64,000 bases of DNA from a virus (IMGVR_UViG_3300036770_007703:21289-85288); one strand, 5' to 3'; counted from the stretch's first letter, positions 1 to 10,612 are shown. A program made the numbers and translations. The notes: generated by a model from the letters alone, not told the origin.

Positions 1-168
1 GCTGGGGCCCAGCTTGAAAAATTGGTGTGGTAGCCATGAAAAAGACATATATACTCGCAGCCATTGGTTCCTGGATCACGAAACTGTGCAGGATCTCATG
101 CTGCTAAACATCGTGTGCCACAACATCGTGAGGCGGACGATACCCATCATAAAGGTAAATAATTGACT

Positions 169-333
169 ATGGCAAAGATACAAGAAGAAATCATCGTGAT
201 CAAAATCAGTCAGCTCGTCAAAAATGACGACGAGTCTGCGCCCCGGGCCACTGCCGAAGTGGTGGCTGCCCTTGCCCAAGTGGCCGAAGAACTCGTGGGA
301 GCCGGTGCAGTGGTCGAGATCGAACAAGCATAA
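169..333 (+). CDS. small hypothetical protein (54 aa, MAKIQEEIIVIKISQLVK...), not in ORF track
   Basis: Translated by hand; ATG 7 nt after TAAATA (156-161); TAA overlaps next ATG. Confidence 0.7.
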   Translation: MAKIQEEIIVIKISQLVKNDDESAPRATAEVVAALAQVAEELVGAGAVVEIEQA

Positions 334-698
334 TGAAAACAACCACGTTCCAGTTGTTGCCCACCACCACATATGGCACACCATCGGGCAACTATGATGG
401 TAGCAGCGAAGATTTCGCCGGTGATGCGCAAAAAGCCGCCAACTACTATGTCAGCACAGGTGGTCTCCAGACCGTGGCTGTGTTTTTGTCTGGATTCGTG
501 GGCAACATCGTTTTGCAGGCCAGCCTAGATTCATCTCCCACCAGTGATGCCAATTGGTTTGACGTGGATCGACTCGAGTACACGTCAAGCACCACCAGCA
601 ATTTCAGTCGCAACATCACTGGCAACTTTACTTGGTTACGGGCCAAGGTCACTGACTTCCAAGCCGGCAGCATCGAAAAAATACAAATGTCGTACTGA
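333..698 (+). CDS. hypothetical beta-rich, possibly virion, protein
   Basis: ORF track; Ser/Thr/Gly-rich; translationally coupled to upstream ORF. Confidence 0.6.
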   Translation: MKTTTFQLLPTTTYGTPSGNYDGSSEDFAGDAQKAANYYVSTGGLQTVAVFLSGFVGNIVLQASLDSSPTSDANWFDVDRLEYTSSTTSNFSRNITGNFTWLRAKVTDFQAGSIEKIQMSY

Positions 699-699
699 C

Positions 700-1134
700 A
701 TGTCTGGCACGCTGGAATTTGATATCAGCGCCACTGGCCAGGACCTGGTCCTAGAGCTTGCGCTAGATGGCAAGATTTTCTGGCGCGGCAATCCTGGGCT
801 GGTCATGACCACAGTGACACACGAGTTCGATGACACCAAATTCCAAGATCATTGTGCCACTGCCACATTGTCAAACAAACTACCCCATCACACCATGTTG
901 GACTCACAAGGAAACATAGTGCATGATCGTGTTGTGCGCTTGCATGACCTTCGTCTGCGGGGACGCAGCATATGGCATCAGATACAAGGCACCAACATCT
1001 ATCGACACGACGGCAACGGCGATGCCCAGATCCAGGATCATGCTTTTTTTGGCGATCTCGGCTGCAACGGCACAGTGAGCGTGGAGTTCCGCAGTCCGGT
1101 GTTGTTGTGGATGCTAGAATATCCTGGCGCATAA
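700..1134 (+). CDS. hypothetical protein
   Basis: In-frame ATG at 700 just after previous stop. Confidence 0.55.
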   Translation: MSGTLEFDISATGQDLVLELALDGKIFWRGNPGLVMTTVTHEFDDTKFQDHCATATLSNKLPHHTMLDSQGNIVHDRVVRLHDLRLRGRSIWHQIQGTNIYRHDGNGDAQIQDHAFFGDLGCNGTVSVEFRSPVLLWMLEYPGA

Positions 1135-1141
1135 ATAAGTG

Positions 1142-2068
1142 ATGCGCAAATTAGTGATCATCCCTGGTGGTTTCCACCCTTTCCATGCCGGGCACAAGGC
1201 TCTCTACGATGCTGCCCAGGCGGCTTTTCCCTCGGCCGAAATCTATGTGGCCGCTACAGCAGACACCAGCAACCGACCTTTTCCCTTTGAAGTCAAACAA
1301 AAGCTGGCTCACCTAGCTGGTATACCCAAGCACCGATTCATCCAAGTGCGATCACCGTTCCAAGCTCGTGAAATCACTCAACACTTTGATCCCAACGATA
1401 CCCAGCTGATTTTTGTGCGCAGCGAAAAAGATCGAGAACAACAGCCACAGGCCGGTGGCGTCAAACGCGATGGCACGCCGGGTTACCTGCAACCTTACAA
1501 ACGCAACGGCCTTGCTCCCATGACTCAGCATGGTTACATGGCCTATCTACCTGTGGTGCAATTCGCCGATGGCATGACTTCGGCCACAGAGATCCGCGCC
1601 AAATGGCCGGAAATGCAGCCCGAACAAAAAGCTGCGCTGATCAACAAACTGTATCCCGCCACACAGGGCAATGATCGTCTCATCGACGTAGTGGTGAAAA
1701 TGTTTGACACTGTGATGGCACCTTCCGAACCCAAAGTCAAAGAAGCTGTGCTGATCAATGATCCCGATGCTGGTGTGCAGATACAACCCGACGGCGGCAT
1801 GGGCACCTGGGACGAAGCCAGCTTGGTCAGCAATCTCGCACGCAAGTTCGCTGACATGGTGAACATGGTCAAGAATCAGAACTATCAGGGACTGTATCAT
1901 GTGTTGTACAAGTCAGGTGCCACAGAAAACATGGTGCGTGCTTTGGCCGAACTGGAAGGTTTCCAAAAGCAGCAGGGTCGCAGACCCATCGCTCGTGGAC
2001 GCTCCATCGATCTCACTGACTATCTCGACGAAAAAAGAACCGATCAAGAAACAACCAACCGGGATTGA
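1142..2068 (+). CDS. HIGH-motif nucleotidyltransferase (cytidylyltransferase-like) with extra C-terminal module
   Basis: N-terminal IIPGGFHPFHAGH (HxGH) and MTSATEIR (SxT-R) motifs. Confidence 0.75.
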   Translation: MRKLVIIPGGFHPFHAGHKALYDAAQAAFPSAEIYVAATADTSNRPFPFEVKQKLAHLAGIPKHRFIQVRSPFQAREITQHFDPNDTQLIFVRSEKDREQQPQAGGVKRDGTPGYLQPYKRNGLAPMTQHGYMAYLPVVQFADGMTSATEIRAKWPEMQPEQKAALINKLYPATQGNDRLIDVVVKMFDTVMAPSEPKVKEAVLINDPDAGVQIQPDGGMGTWDEASLVSNLARKFADMVNMVKNQNYQGLYHVLYKSGATENMVRALAELEGFQKQQGRRPIARGRSIDLTDYLDEKRTDQETTNRD

Positions 2069-2074
2069 TACTGT

Positions 2075-2233
2075 ATGCGTGCTCGTGAATTCGTCGGCGA
2101 AAAACAAGATGCCTGCTACCACAAGGTAAAAAGCAGATACAAGGTGTGGCCAAGCGCCTATGCATCTGGTGCATTGGTACAGTGCCGCAAGAAAGGTGCC
2201 AAGAACTGGGGCACTGGCGGAAAGAAAAAATGA
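2075..2233 (+). CDS. small basic two-Cys protein with capsid-targeting-like N-terminus (MRAREFVGE-KQDACYHKVKSRYKVWPSAYASGALVQCRKKGAKNWGTGGKKK), not in ORF track
   Basis: Translated by hand; ATGA overlap with next gene; N-terminus shared with neighbours. Confidence 0.8.
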   Translation: MRAREFVGEKQDACYHKVKSRYKVWPSAYASGALVQCRKKGAKNWGTGGKKK

Positions 2234-2637
2234 GACAGTACATCAACCTCCTGGAAGCCATCGAACGGGGCTGTCCTCCTGCCACACAAAGCATCGATCT
2301 CAACCTCGAGAATCGTCAGAAAGCCATCGACGAATATCACTATGGTCCGCTCAATCCTGCAGAGCCCAACGAAGAATACTGGCAAGAGTTGGCTGACAAG
2401 TGGAACACCGATGACATCGAGTCGGTGAAACAGAATCGCTGCGGCAACTGCGCAGCCTTTGACATCACAGAAAAGATGTTGGACTGCATAGCCCGGGGCA
2501 TCGGTGAGGAGCCGGGCAGTGATCCGCACGACACCATTGATGCTGGCCAGTTGGGCTACTGCAAGTTCCTCAAGTTCAAATGTGCTGCCAAGCGTACCTG
2601 TGATGCTTGGGTGGAAGGCGGACCTGTTCGAGACTGA
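2230..2637 (+). CDS. Cys-rich protein, HiPIP-like metal-binding domain
   Basis: CGNCAAF...GYCKFLKFKCAAKRTCDAW resembles HiPIP cysteine spacing; start moved to MRQYINLLE. Confidence 0.55.
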   Translation: MRQYINLLEAIERGCPPATQSIDLNLENRQKAIDEYHYGPLNPAEPNEEYWQELADKWNTDDIESVKQNRCGNCAAFDITEKMLDCIARGIGEEPGSDPHDTIDAGQLGYCKFLKFKCAAKRTCDAWVEGGPVRD

Positions 2638-2638
2638 T

Positions 2639-3304
2639 ATGAGAGCACAGGAATTCGTCCGAGAAAAGATCAATCCCAGCATACTCGAGCCCGATTTCTC
2701 TGAAGAAAAAACAGTGATGATCCAAGGCGAGCCCTACGTGCTGCGGGCATCCACCTTGAACAGTCGCATGGTACCACAGATACGCATCGAAGCCATCGCT
2801 CCCAATGGCAAGAGCGTGGGCTATGTGAGATTCGTGGTACACAATGCCGATCAGCGCCCGGGGTGGTTTTCCCGCCCCGAAGAACCTTACTTGTCGGCAG
2901 GAAATCTCTCGGTGTGGAACGACTACAAGCGCCGCGGCATAGCTTCGGCCATGTACAACTTTGCACGTGAGCTGGGCAACGACATCCAGCCCAGCGGTAC
3001 ACAAACCGATCAAGGTCGTGCTTTCTGGCGAGCTGGTGCCGGTGAACGTGATCTCCAAGTCATGTCGGAAAATCTGCGCAAGTGGTTCCGTGAAAAATGG
3101 GTGCGGTTCAACCCCCAAGGCAAGATCATGGGACCATGCGCCCGGGGTAGCAGCCGAGAAGGCAAGCCCAAGTGTTTGCCACAAAGCAAGGCACACGCCC
3201 TAGGCAAAAAAGGTCGTGCATCAGCTGCGGCCAGAAAGCGCAAGCAAGACCCCAATCCCGAACGCCGGGGCGCTGCCCGAAACGTGGCCACAAAGAAAAA
3301 ATAA
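2639..3304 (+). CDS. GNAT acetyltransferase fused to basic two-Cys module
   Basis: GNAT motif A LSVWNDYKRRGIASAMY and QTDQGRAFW; after VMSE a basic module LRKWFREKWV...CAR...KPKCLP. Confidence 0.7.
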   Translation: MRAQEFVREKINPSILEPDFSEEKTVMIQGEPYVLRASTLNSRMVPQIRIEAIAPNGKSVGYVRFVVHNADQRPGWFSRPEEPYLSAGNLSVWNDYKRRGIASAMYNFARELGNDIQPSGTQTDQGRAFWRAGAGERDLQVMSENLRKWFREKWVRFNPQGKIMGPCARGSSREGKPKCLPQSKAHALGKKGRASAAARKRKQDPNPERRGAARNVATKKK

Positions 3305-3368
3305 AAATTTGGCCGTCGTACTGCCACTCTCGTAAATATATGCATATATTACCTACCGAGAGGATCAA

Positions 3369-4274
3369 ATGGCAGACCAAACCCAAGAACAGCAAACTCC
3401 CGCTGGACAGCAACAAGTCACAGTAAACGTAGACTATCTACGCACCACTCGTGTGCATATCTGCATGCCTTGTTATGGTGGCATGCTCACAGAAAGCACG
3501 TTCATGAGCTACATCAAATGGGCCAACACTTGTCGACAGCTGGGCATCGATTGGACCATGGAGACCATGACCAATGAGAGCTTGATCTCGCGTGCTAGAA
3601 ACACCCTGGTGGCCAAGTTCCTCAACAACCCTGATTCGACACACCTCATGTTCATTGACGCTGACATTGGCTGGGAGCCTTGGCATCTACTGGTCATGCT
3701 GAATCGTGACGTTGATGTGATTGGTGGTCTCTATCCCATGAAGACTTTGCCGGTGCGTTGGGTAGTGAACGGATTTGATGGTGCCGAAACCGGGCCCGAT
3801 GGGCTCCAGGAAGTATCAAAGACCGGTACCGGATTCATGTTGGTCAAGCGTCATGTGTTTGAAAAACTCAATGCACACCCTGCAGTGAAACCATTCCGCA
3901 ATGACATCGGTCTTCCCAAGGAGCTGGACAAGCATCTCAAGACCTACTACGATACCGCAGTGCGGGAAAATCGCTACTACAGCGAAGACTGGACTTTCTG
4001 CGAAAACTGGCGTGACATCGGCGGCAAAGTATGGGTAGACAAGCGTGTGCTGCTCAAGCACACCGGTACCTATGTGTTTGATTTCCAGGCACAAGAACCC
4101 TTGTACAAGGCCTTGCATGAAATGGCACAGCAAAACCAGTCGCCCGTGGACAAGCCTGCCGCAGTGTCGGAATCCGCACCAGTGGCTGAGCCGCGAGTGG
4201 TGGCCACCAACAAAGATGCCAAGCCGGCTGCCAAACCCGCGGCCAAACGGGCCAACGCCAAGAAAAAAGACTAA
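3369..4274 (+). CDS. GT-A (GT2-like) glycosyltransferase-like protein
   Basis: VHICMPCYGG, ESLISRARN, HLMFIDAD (DxD), YSEDWTFC; SD GAGAGGA. Confidence 0.7.
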   Translation: MADQTQEQQTPAGQQQVTVNVDYLRTTRVHICMPCYGGMLTESTFMSYIKWANTCRQLGIDWTMETMTNESLISRARNTLVAKFLNNPDSTHLMFIDADIGWEPWHLLVMLNRDVDVIGGLYPMKTLPVRWVVNGFDGAETGPDGLQEVSKTGTGFMLVKRHVFEKLNAHPAVKPFRNDIGLPKELDKHLKTYYDTAVRENRYYSEDWTFCENWRDIGGKVWVDKRVLLKHTGTYVFDFQAQEPLYKALHEMAQQNQSPVDKPAAVSESAPVAEPRVVATNKDAKPAAKPAAKRANAKKKD

Positions 4275-4288
4275 GCTAAATATAGTTC

Positions 4289-7200
4289 ATGCAGATACAT
4301 GAACTAGGTCCTAGTCCCGAGTACCCCAAACCACTGTACGTCCAGGAGCTTGCACGCTTCTGGCGTACATCCTCGGAACAAGAACGCATGGCCATGCGTG
4401 TGGCCTTGAAAATGAAGGATAGAGATGCTGTGATGCGTCTCTTGACCCCTTACACCGATGCAGCTCTGGCCGAAGCACGCCGGAAAAAAGGCCGCAAAGC
4501 CAGCCAGCGCCCAAAGAAAAAATTCCAGTACGGTGTTTATGGAGGATGGTTCTATCCCGGTTATCACAACAACAGCGGGGCTGACTCCAGCAGCTCGGAC
4601 AGTGGTGCCGAGGGCGGCGGTGGCGAAAGCATACACGAAAACACTGAAAATCCACAAGACATCATAGAGAGATTCTCCAAAAGTTGTTGTCAATATCTCG
4701 GATTGAAAAATGCACCCCGGATACGGCTGCGACGAGATCCTGAATGGACACGCAGAAACGGCACGTTTGGTCGTTACATTGCCGAACCCCACAACACCAT
4801 CGAGCTGGCCACTGCGGGCCGACACATCATCGACATACTGCGCACACTGGCGCATGAAATGACCCATGCCGCACAAAACGAGCGTGTGGGCTTGCCTGAC
4901 CATGCCGGGGAAACTGGCAGCGAGTTCGAGGATGGTGCCAATGCCATGGCTGGTCGTATCATGCGCCACTGGGCCGAACAAGAACCCGAACTGTTTCAAG
5001 GCATGGATCTCGACGAAAACTGGAGGCGCACTGCCGGGGCCGCCGCTGCCGCTGCGTGTATCGCCGGCACACCTGGATGCGCTACCACCAAGGGCGTGTC
5101 TGGCATGGATGCCTTGAGAACCATACAAACTGTTGGGCGTGCTGCGCAGAATCTTCCCACTCGTGCCGGTGCCGAAGAAGAGCTGCGACAAGAATTGAAA
5201 AACATAATCAACAAAGGTCGTGGCACACATGTAGAACCTCGTATAAAAGAAACTGTTGCGACACCGGTCAAGAAAAACAAAGATGCTCATCAAGACTACT
5301 ACAATTTTTTAAAAGCCAAGCGCATCGCAGGGCGTCCACTCAGCCGTCAAGAACAACAGTTTCTAATCAGCTTCGCGGCACTGAAAAATATACGTTCCAA
5401 GGAAGTGGCCGAAAGCTCGGGTTACATACCCACTGCGGCCGAAAAAAATGATCCACGTTTCTCCATGGCTCTCACTGTGGATGTTCGACCCGGTGAAACT
5501 GGCCGCCAAGCCAACAAGTTGGGTTTGAAGACTGACAGTGAAGGTCGTCCTGCGCTGTTGATGAAGCGACTCGAGAATCTCTTGGAAAGCGTCAAGACTG
5601 ACGAAGATTGCTGGTCAGGATATCAACAACAAGGCATGAAGAAAAAAGGTAACCGCCAGGTACCCAACTGCGTGCCTGTGGCGGAAGACGAAGAGTTGAT
5701 GGAAGTAGAGATGAGCCCATCGGCGTTTAAAAAGTTCCTCAACAGTCCCGAAGCCGAGGGTATCCGTGCCGGCTTCGAAGCCGAACTCATATTCCGCAAC
5801 GCTCAGCACGACAGCGACAGTGGTGAGAGCGAGCCCGACTGGGACATGGACGAGCGTACTGGTAGCATACAAGACATCATAGCCTTCTTCCAGGGTGGCG
5901 AAAACGGCATGACCGGTCGACAGGCTGATCGCTTGAACCAAGAACTCACAGAACAGTTCATGGACTGGGCCAGAGAAGAGTTTGCCAACAATTATTTCGA
6001 TCAAGATCGTTTCATGTCATGGGCCGAAGAAAATGTGTGGCCCGACGATGCTGACAGTTATCGCGAAGATGCCCGTGCCAATCTCGATGATGAGGATGCC
6101 ACCGACGAGGACGTCGAGAAAGAAGCAGTGACCCTGTTCCGCGATGATGTGGAACGCGACTGGGATCGCAGCGGAGCCTGGTACGAGATGGCATCGGAAG
6201 AACTGTTCGACGAATTCATGGGCGACTTGGACGAATCAGATTGGTTAGATAGTGCTGGTCTCCGCTACATGAGCGATGTCTCCAACGAATACAGCCTGGA
6301 CTGGCCTTACTGGACCGAAGGCAGTGGCGGCGGGGGCGAGCGTGATTGGCAAGAGATTGGTAATAGTCTGGCGCGTGCCACCAGCCGAGATGTCAAGGTC
6401 AGCAGTGGATATCACAACACGCGTCGCGGCGATTACTATGTGATAGAACCCGACAGCAGCCTGGATTCTGATGATTCAGAAGATTTTGGACTAGAAGTGG
6501 TATCACCGCCCATGCCCTTGCCCGAAGCCATCGAGCAACTGAACAAGGTCATAGACTGGGCCAACGGCGACGGTGATGCCTACACTAACTCAAGCACAGG
6601 ACTGCACATGGGCGTGAGCCTGCCGTTCAAGGGCGAGGATGTGGATCCCATCAAGTTGATCCTGTTCATGGGCGACAAGAACATACTAGAAACATTTGGT
6701 CGAGAAAGCAACACCTATGCTCGATCCGCTTACGACAAATTGCAAAGCAAACTGAAAAGTCTGCGATATTCTAACTCGGAAAATTTTGAAAATGCGCTGA
6801 GTCTCATGAAAGGCAATCTCATCGAATTGGCCGAGCGCGAACTCAAGCGCGGTGTGTTGGGCGAAAAATATGTGAGCGTGAATCCGCACGATGGCTACAT
6901 CGAATTCCGTGGGCCCGGTGGCGACTATCTCAGCAAAGAGAGCGAGATCGACGGTGTGTTGGAAAACACCATGCTGAGATTGGCCTATGCCATGAGCATA
7001 GCCGGCAGACCCGATCTATATAGACGAGAATACGCCAAGAAACTCTACAAGGTGTTGACTGGTTACAAAGGTGCCGAGATTTCCAAAGGTGCCCAAGACA
7101 CCCGGTACAAAACCCGTATCGAGACCGAGGGCGAAAATCCCTTTATGCGTTTGTTTGCCGACTATTCGGCCGGTGTCATCTCAGGCGATGAACTCAAGCG

Positions 7201-8164
7201 CCAGTGGGCCGATACTGTGCTGGATGCCGAGCGTCAAAAAGACATGGAAGATGTACCTCTCTACACCACCACCGGTGAATACGAAGTGTACGACCGAAGC
7301 ACTGGCACCCGAGGTGACCGAGACAGTTTCACAGTGATCGATACTTTCCGTGCCGACAGCGATGAACAAGCTCTGGAGATCGCACAGCAAAAATGGTCAG
7401 GCAAAGGCATCAGCTTTGGTGTGCGTGTGAAAGTAGTGGAGCCCGAAGGTAAAAAATCTTCCAGCCGCAGAGCCGAACTGGCCAAGCGTGTGACCCGCAG
7501 CACGCGGGATGTGGGCGAGCAACTGTGGCGCGTGAATCATCACAGCAGTGTCCGGTATGTGACAGCACGCAGCCAGGCCGAGGCCGTGAAAAAAGCCGTG
7601 AAGATGGATCGTGCATTCAACGATGTCGAGACCCGTGCCAGGATCGCCACCGATCAGGAAAAGATGCAATATCAGCAGGATCAGGAACGTGAGCGGTTGA
7701 GAAACGTGGCCTCGGGCGCGGTCGAAACACTCCGTAACACCAGCAGAGACCCCAATGCCAACTGGGCCATCGCTCGCAAACACAACGACGAAATCGTGAT
7801 ACCTTTCACTAGGAATACACAGCAAGAGGCCGAAAAGTACTTTAGAGACTGGATACAGGACAGAGTCGGTGGGCCCGATCAGTACAAATTGGTGCAGCTG
7901 GCTTCATCGGCCCAGCTCGGCCAACAGCAGGCTCTGGCTCGTGAACTAGAGCAGATGGCGGATTTACACAATCGAGCGATGGATGATGCCCAGGGTGAAT
8001 GGACCGGTCATTGGATCGTGAGAGATGCCTCGGGACGAGAACTCACTAGATTCCACGGTATAGGCAACAATCAAAGCGATGCCAACCGTTATGCCATGAA
8101 CTGGCTGCGACAAAACCCAGGACACATGCAGACAGGTGTCGAAGTAGTTCCGGAGATGCAGTGA
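4289..8164 (+). CDS. polyvalent protein: zincin-like metallopeptidase + two-Cys micro-module + amidoligase (COOH-NH2 ligase)-like domain
   Basis: LAHEMTH (HExxH); CWSGYQQQGMKKKGNRQVPNCVP; GFEAE...IEPDSSL...GLEVVSPP...NSSTGLHMGVS...YIEFRGPGG. Confidence 0.7.
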   Translation: MQIHELGPSPEYPKPLYVQELARFWRTSSEQERMAMRVALKMKDRDAVMRLLTPYTDAALAEARRKKGRKASQRPKKKFQYGVYGGWFYPGYHNNSGADSSSSDSGAEGGGGESIHENTENPQDIIERFSKSCCQYLGLKNAPRIRLRRDPEWTRRNGTFGRYIAEPHNTIELATAGRHIIDILRTLAHEMTHAAQNERVGLPDHAGETGSEFEDGANAMAGRIMRHWAEQEPELFQGMDLDENWRRTAGAAAAAACIAGTPGCATTKGVSGMDALRTIQTVGRAAQNLPTRAGAEEELRQELKNIINKGRGTHVEPRIKETVATPVKKNKDAHQDYYNFLKAKRIAGRPLSRQEQQFLISFAALKNIRSKEVAESSGYIPTAAEKNDPRFSMALTVDVRPGETGRQANKLGLKTDSEGRPALLMKRLENLLESVKTDEDCWSGYQQQGMKKKGNRQVPNCVPVAEDEELMEVEMSPSAFKKFLNSPEAEGIRAGFEAELIFRNAQHDSDSGESEPDWDMDERTGSIQDIIAFFQGGENGMTGRQADRLNQELTEQFMDWAREEFANNYFDQDRFMSWAEENVWPDDADSYREDARANLDDEDATDEDVEKEAVTLFRDDVERDWDRSGAWYEMASEELFDEFMGDLDESDWLDSAGLRYMSDVSNEYSLDWPYWTEGSGGGGERDWQEIGNSLARATSRDVKVSSGYHNTRRGDYYVIEPDSSLDSDDSEDFGLEVVSPPMPLPEAIEQLNKVIDWANGDGDAYTNSSTGLHMGVSLPFKGEDVDPIKLILFMGDKNILETFGRESNTYARSAYDKLQSKLKSLRYSNSENFENALSLMKGNLIELAERELKRGVLGEKYVSVNPHDGYIEFRGPGGDYLSKESEIDGVLENTMLRLAYAMSIAGRPDLYRREYAKKLYKVLTGYKGAEISKGAQDTRYKTRIETEGENPFMRLFADYSAGVISGDELKRQWADTVLDAERQKDMEDVPLYTTTGEYEVYDRSTGTRGDRDSFTVIDTFRADSDEQALEIAQQKWSGKGISFGVRVKVVEPEGKKSSSRRAELAKRVTRSTRDVGEQLWRVNHHSSVRYVTARSQAEAVKKAVKMDRAFNDVETRARIATDQEKMQYQQDQERERLRNVASGAVETLRNTSRDPNANWAIARKHNDEIVIPFTRNTQQEAEKYFRDWIQDRVGGPDQYKLVQLASSAQLGQQQALARELEQMADLHNRAMDDAQGEWTGHWIVRDASGRELTRFHGIGNNQSDANRYAMNWLRQNPGHMQTGVEVVPEMQ

Positions 8165-9786
8165 TGAGAGATTTATTGAACAAATTAGATGAAGTGTTGC
8201 TCGTTGAAAAAGCCCGGGGTCTGTTGTATCGTGATCCCGGTGATACATTTTTCCAAGGCACACTACAGTCTCCCACGGCCGAGATCGTGTTCCGCGATCT
8301 AGACTACTATCCGTCACAGCCCGGGGCCTATGACAGCTACGAAGAGATGGCCCAGGCCGGACAAAAATTAGCTGCCCAGTATCCCAATGGCATCATCTGG
8401 AGCAATCGACCCGGTGCTCGCAGTCGTGCTTTTGCTGTGCTCACTTTTGATGGCCCCGGCAAAGGTGAGACCACCAGTTTTGGTAGATTCTTTGATCAAA
8501 TCAAGCCCGACATGTCGGGACTGTGGAAGAACAATGAGCTGCCTGGCAACTGGCAATTGAAAAAGGCCACCAGCCTCAAAGGCAGTTACTACAAACTCAA
8601 GCCTTCGGATCTGTTTCCACCCGAGAGCAAATTTGATTCACCTGCAGACTGCATCTCCGGCATCGGCAGCAATGCCGACGCTTCGTCCCCGGGGCAGGAA
8701 CAGGCCATACAACAGATACTACCTGGCATGCAGATGCTGCTGAAAAAGCAGTATCCGATTTTCTCCAACATTGACCCCAACATGATATCGGCTGTGAGAG
8801 ATGACCTCGGTGAAACCATTGGTCCCATAGCCATGGTCCAGGGCATGATCAAAGATGCCACGCTGGACAAAGCTCGAATAGACATACTCGGACAACGTGG
8901 CACATTCGCCGGCAGCCAAATTTACTTTCCGGCCAGCAAGATCAACGGTTTGGTCGACAGCTATCTCCTGCAGCCAGGTGGCGTCGAAATCGGTGTTTCC
9001 AGCAAAGGCGAAAGCGGGGCCAAGGCGTCGGTGAAGAACATCGCCGATGGTGTGGTGCGTGCCCGAGAAAAAGGCATGACCGATCTCTTAGACCAATACG
9101 CTGATCAAGTCGAGATCATCGAGCGTGTGGGATCTCTGGGCAGCCGAGATTTGCCCTTGGTGCTGGGACAAGAGTACGGATACATCACCAAGAGCCAGGC
9201 CGCTGCCATACTCAAGCTGATAGATTCGGGTGCCAAAAATCTCAATTCTGTCAATGTTGACAGCGAAGATCGCAAGGTCCTGCAAGGTCTCATGGATGAA
9301 TACAAGCCCAAGACCGACAACCCCAAATACAACGTGGGCTACCATGTGTTGGCGGTGCTGGCCAAGAAAGTCATGACCGACATCAACAAGGATCCCAAAT
9401 TTGGAGAAGCCTGTCTCAAGTTTCTCAACACCAGCCCCATCGTGCAACTGCACCTCAAGGGACGCGAAGGCAAGGATTCGTACACGGTGTCGGGTTTTGA
9501 TGTCAAATATCCTCCGGATTTCCGTGGCACAGTGGCCTTGGATGCATCAAAGGTGTATGCGGCCACCGGCACCAATGGTCGTGTGAGCTTTGCCTACAAT
9601 CCCACGGTCGACGCCGAAGCCTTGGTATCACCCGCAGACGAGCCCGGGGACAGTCCGGCGGCCTCTTCAGCGGCTGCTGTAGATCAAGATTTCGAAACAC
9701 CGCGATCCAATATCAAAGCTCGCAGAGAACCAGCGAAACCCGCCGGTGATCAAGCAGTGCTGGGAAGACAGCGCAGATCACGGTAA
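8164..9786 (+). CDS. hypothetical internal-virion-type protein, possible divergent PD-(D/E)xK fold
   Basis: 541-aa ORF; MRDLLNKLDEVLLVE N-terminus; LVDSY...EIGVSSKG weakly nuclease-like. Confidence 0.5.
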   Translation: MRDLLNKLDEVLLVEKARGLLYRDPGDTFFQGTLQSPTAEIVFRDLDYYPSQPGAYDSYEEMAQAGQKLAAQYPNGIIWSNRPGARSRAFAVLTFDGPGKGETTSFGRFFDQIKPDMSGLWKNNELPGNWQLKKATSLKGSYYKLKPSDLFPPESKFDSPADCISGIGSNADASSPGQEQAIQQILPGMQMLLKKQYPIFSNIDPNMISAVRDDLGETIGPIAMVQGMIKDATLDKARIDILGQRGTFAGSQIYFPASKINGLVDSYLLQPGGVEIGVSSKGESGAKASVKNIADGVVRAREKGMTDLLDQYADQVEIIERVGSLGSRDLPLVLGQEYGYITKSQAAAILKLIDSGAKNLNSVNVDSEDRKVLQGLMDEYKPKTDNPKYNVGYHVLAVLAKKVMTDINKDPKFGEACLKFLNTSPIVQLHLKGREGKDSYTVSGFDVKYPPDFRGTVALDASKVYAATGTNGRVSFAYNPTVDAEALVSPADEPGDSPAASSAAAVDQDFETPRSNIKARREPAKPAGDQAVLGRQRRSR

Positions 9787-9793
9787 ATAGAAA

Positions 9794-10612
9794 ATGCGCC
9801 TTGTAGACTTGTTCGAAGATTCTCCCCGCGACCGATTTGAACGTGATCCCTCGGCCACGGGCAAGCTGGTGATCTTTGACATCGACGATACCTTGGTGAA
9901 CACCACTACAAAAGTGGGTGTGCGCAGAAATGGCAAACTTGTCAAAAAACTCAACAGCCATGATTTCACGCACTACGAACTACAGCCCGGCGAAGAGTTT
10001 GACTTTGGAGGATTCCGCGACGCTCGCGAATTCTACACACAGGCCCGACCCATCCCGGGCATGATCCGACAGCTCAAACAGGACATAGAGTCGGGCAACA
10101 AGGTGATAATGCTCACAGCACGCAGCGACTTCAATGATCGTGACGTGTTTCTGGATACATTCCGGCAGTACGGTATTGACATGGATCGCATACACGTTTA
10201 CCGCGCCGGCAATCTGGTCACCAAAGCCGCCACAGAAGAAAAGAAAAAGATAATCTTGAAGCATTTGCTGGGCAAGCATCCCTACGAAAAGGTCATCATG
10301 TATGACGACTCGGTGCCCAATCTCAATGCTTTCCTCAGCCTCAAGCAAGACTTTCCTTACACAGAATTCTATGCCTGGCATGTGGATCCCAATGGGCAGG
10401 CCGCGGAATATCACAGAACCAATGCAGGCGTCAAAGAAAACTTTGCGGATGGTAAGGTCAAAGGTAAGAGTCGCCCTGGCCGTGTGAAGCGTAGTGGTGC
10501 TAGTTGTAAAGGCAGCGTCACAGACCTGCGTGCCCGGGCAAAAAAGTATGGTGGTGAGCGCGGCCGGATGTACCATTGGTGCGCTAACATGAAGAGCGGT
10601 AAGAATAAGTAA
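9794..10612 (+). CDS. HAD-superfamily phosphatase fused to basic two-Cys module
   Basis: IFDIDDTL (motif I), MLTAR (II), K (III), MYDDS (IV); after GVKE a basic module NFADGKVKG...HWCANMKSG. Confidence 0.8.
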   Translation: MRLVDLFEDSPRDRFERDPSATGKLVIFDIDDTLVNTTTKVGVRRNGKLVKKLNSHDFTHYELQPGEEFDFGGFRDAREFYTQARPIPGMIRQLKQDIESGNKVIMLTARSDFNDRDVFLDTFRQYGIDMDRIHVYRAGNLVTKAATEEKKKIILKHLLGKHPYEKVIMYDDSVPNLNAFLSLKQDFPYTEFYAWHVDPNGQAAEYHRTNAGVKENFADGKVKGKSRPGRVKRSGASCKGSVTDLRARAKKYGGERGRMYHWCANMKSGKNK

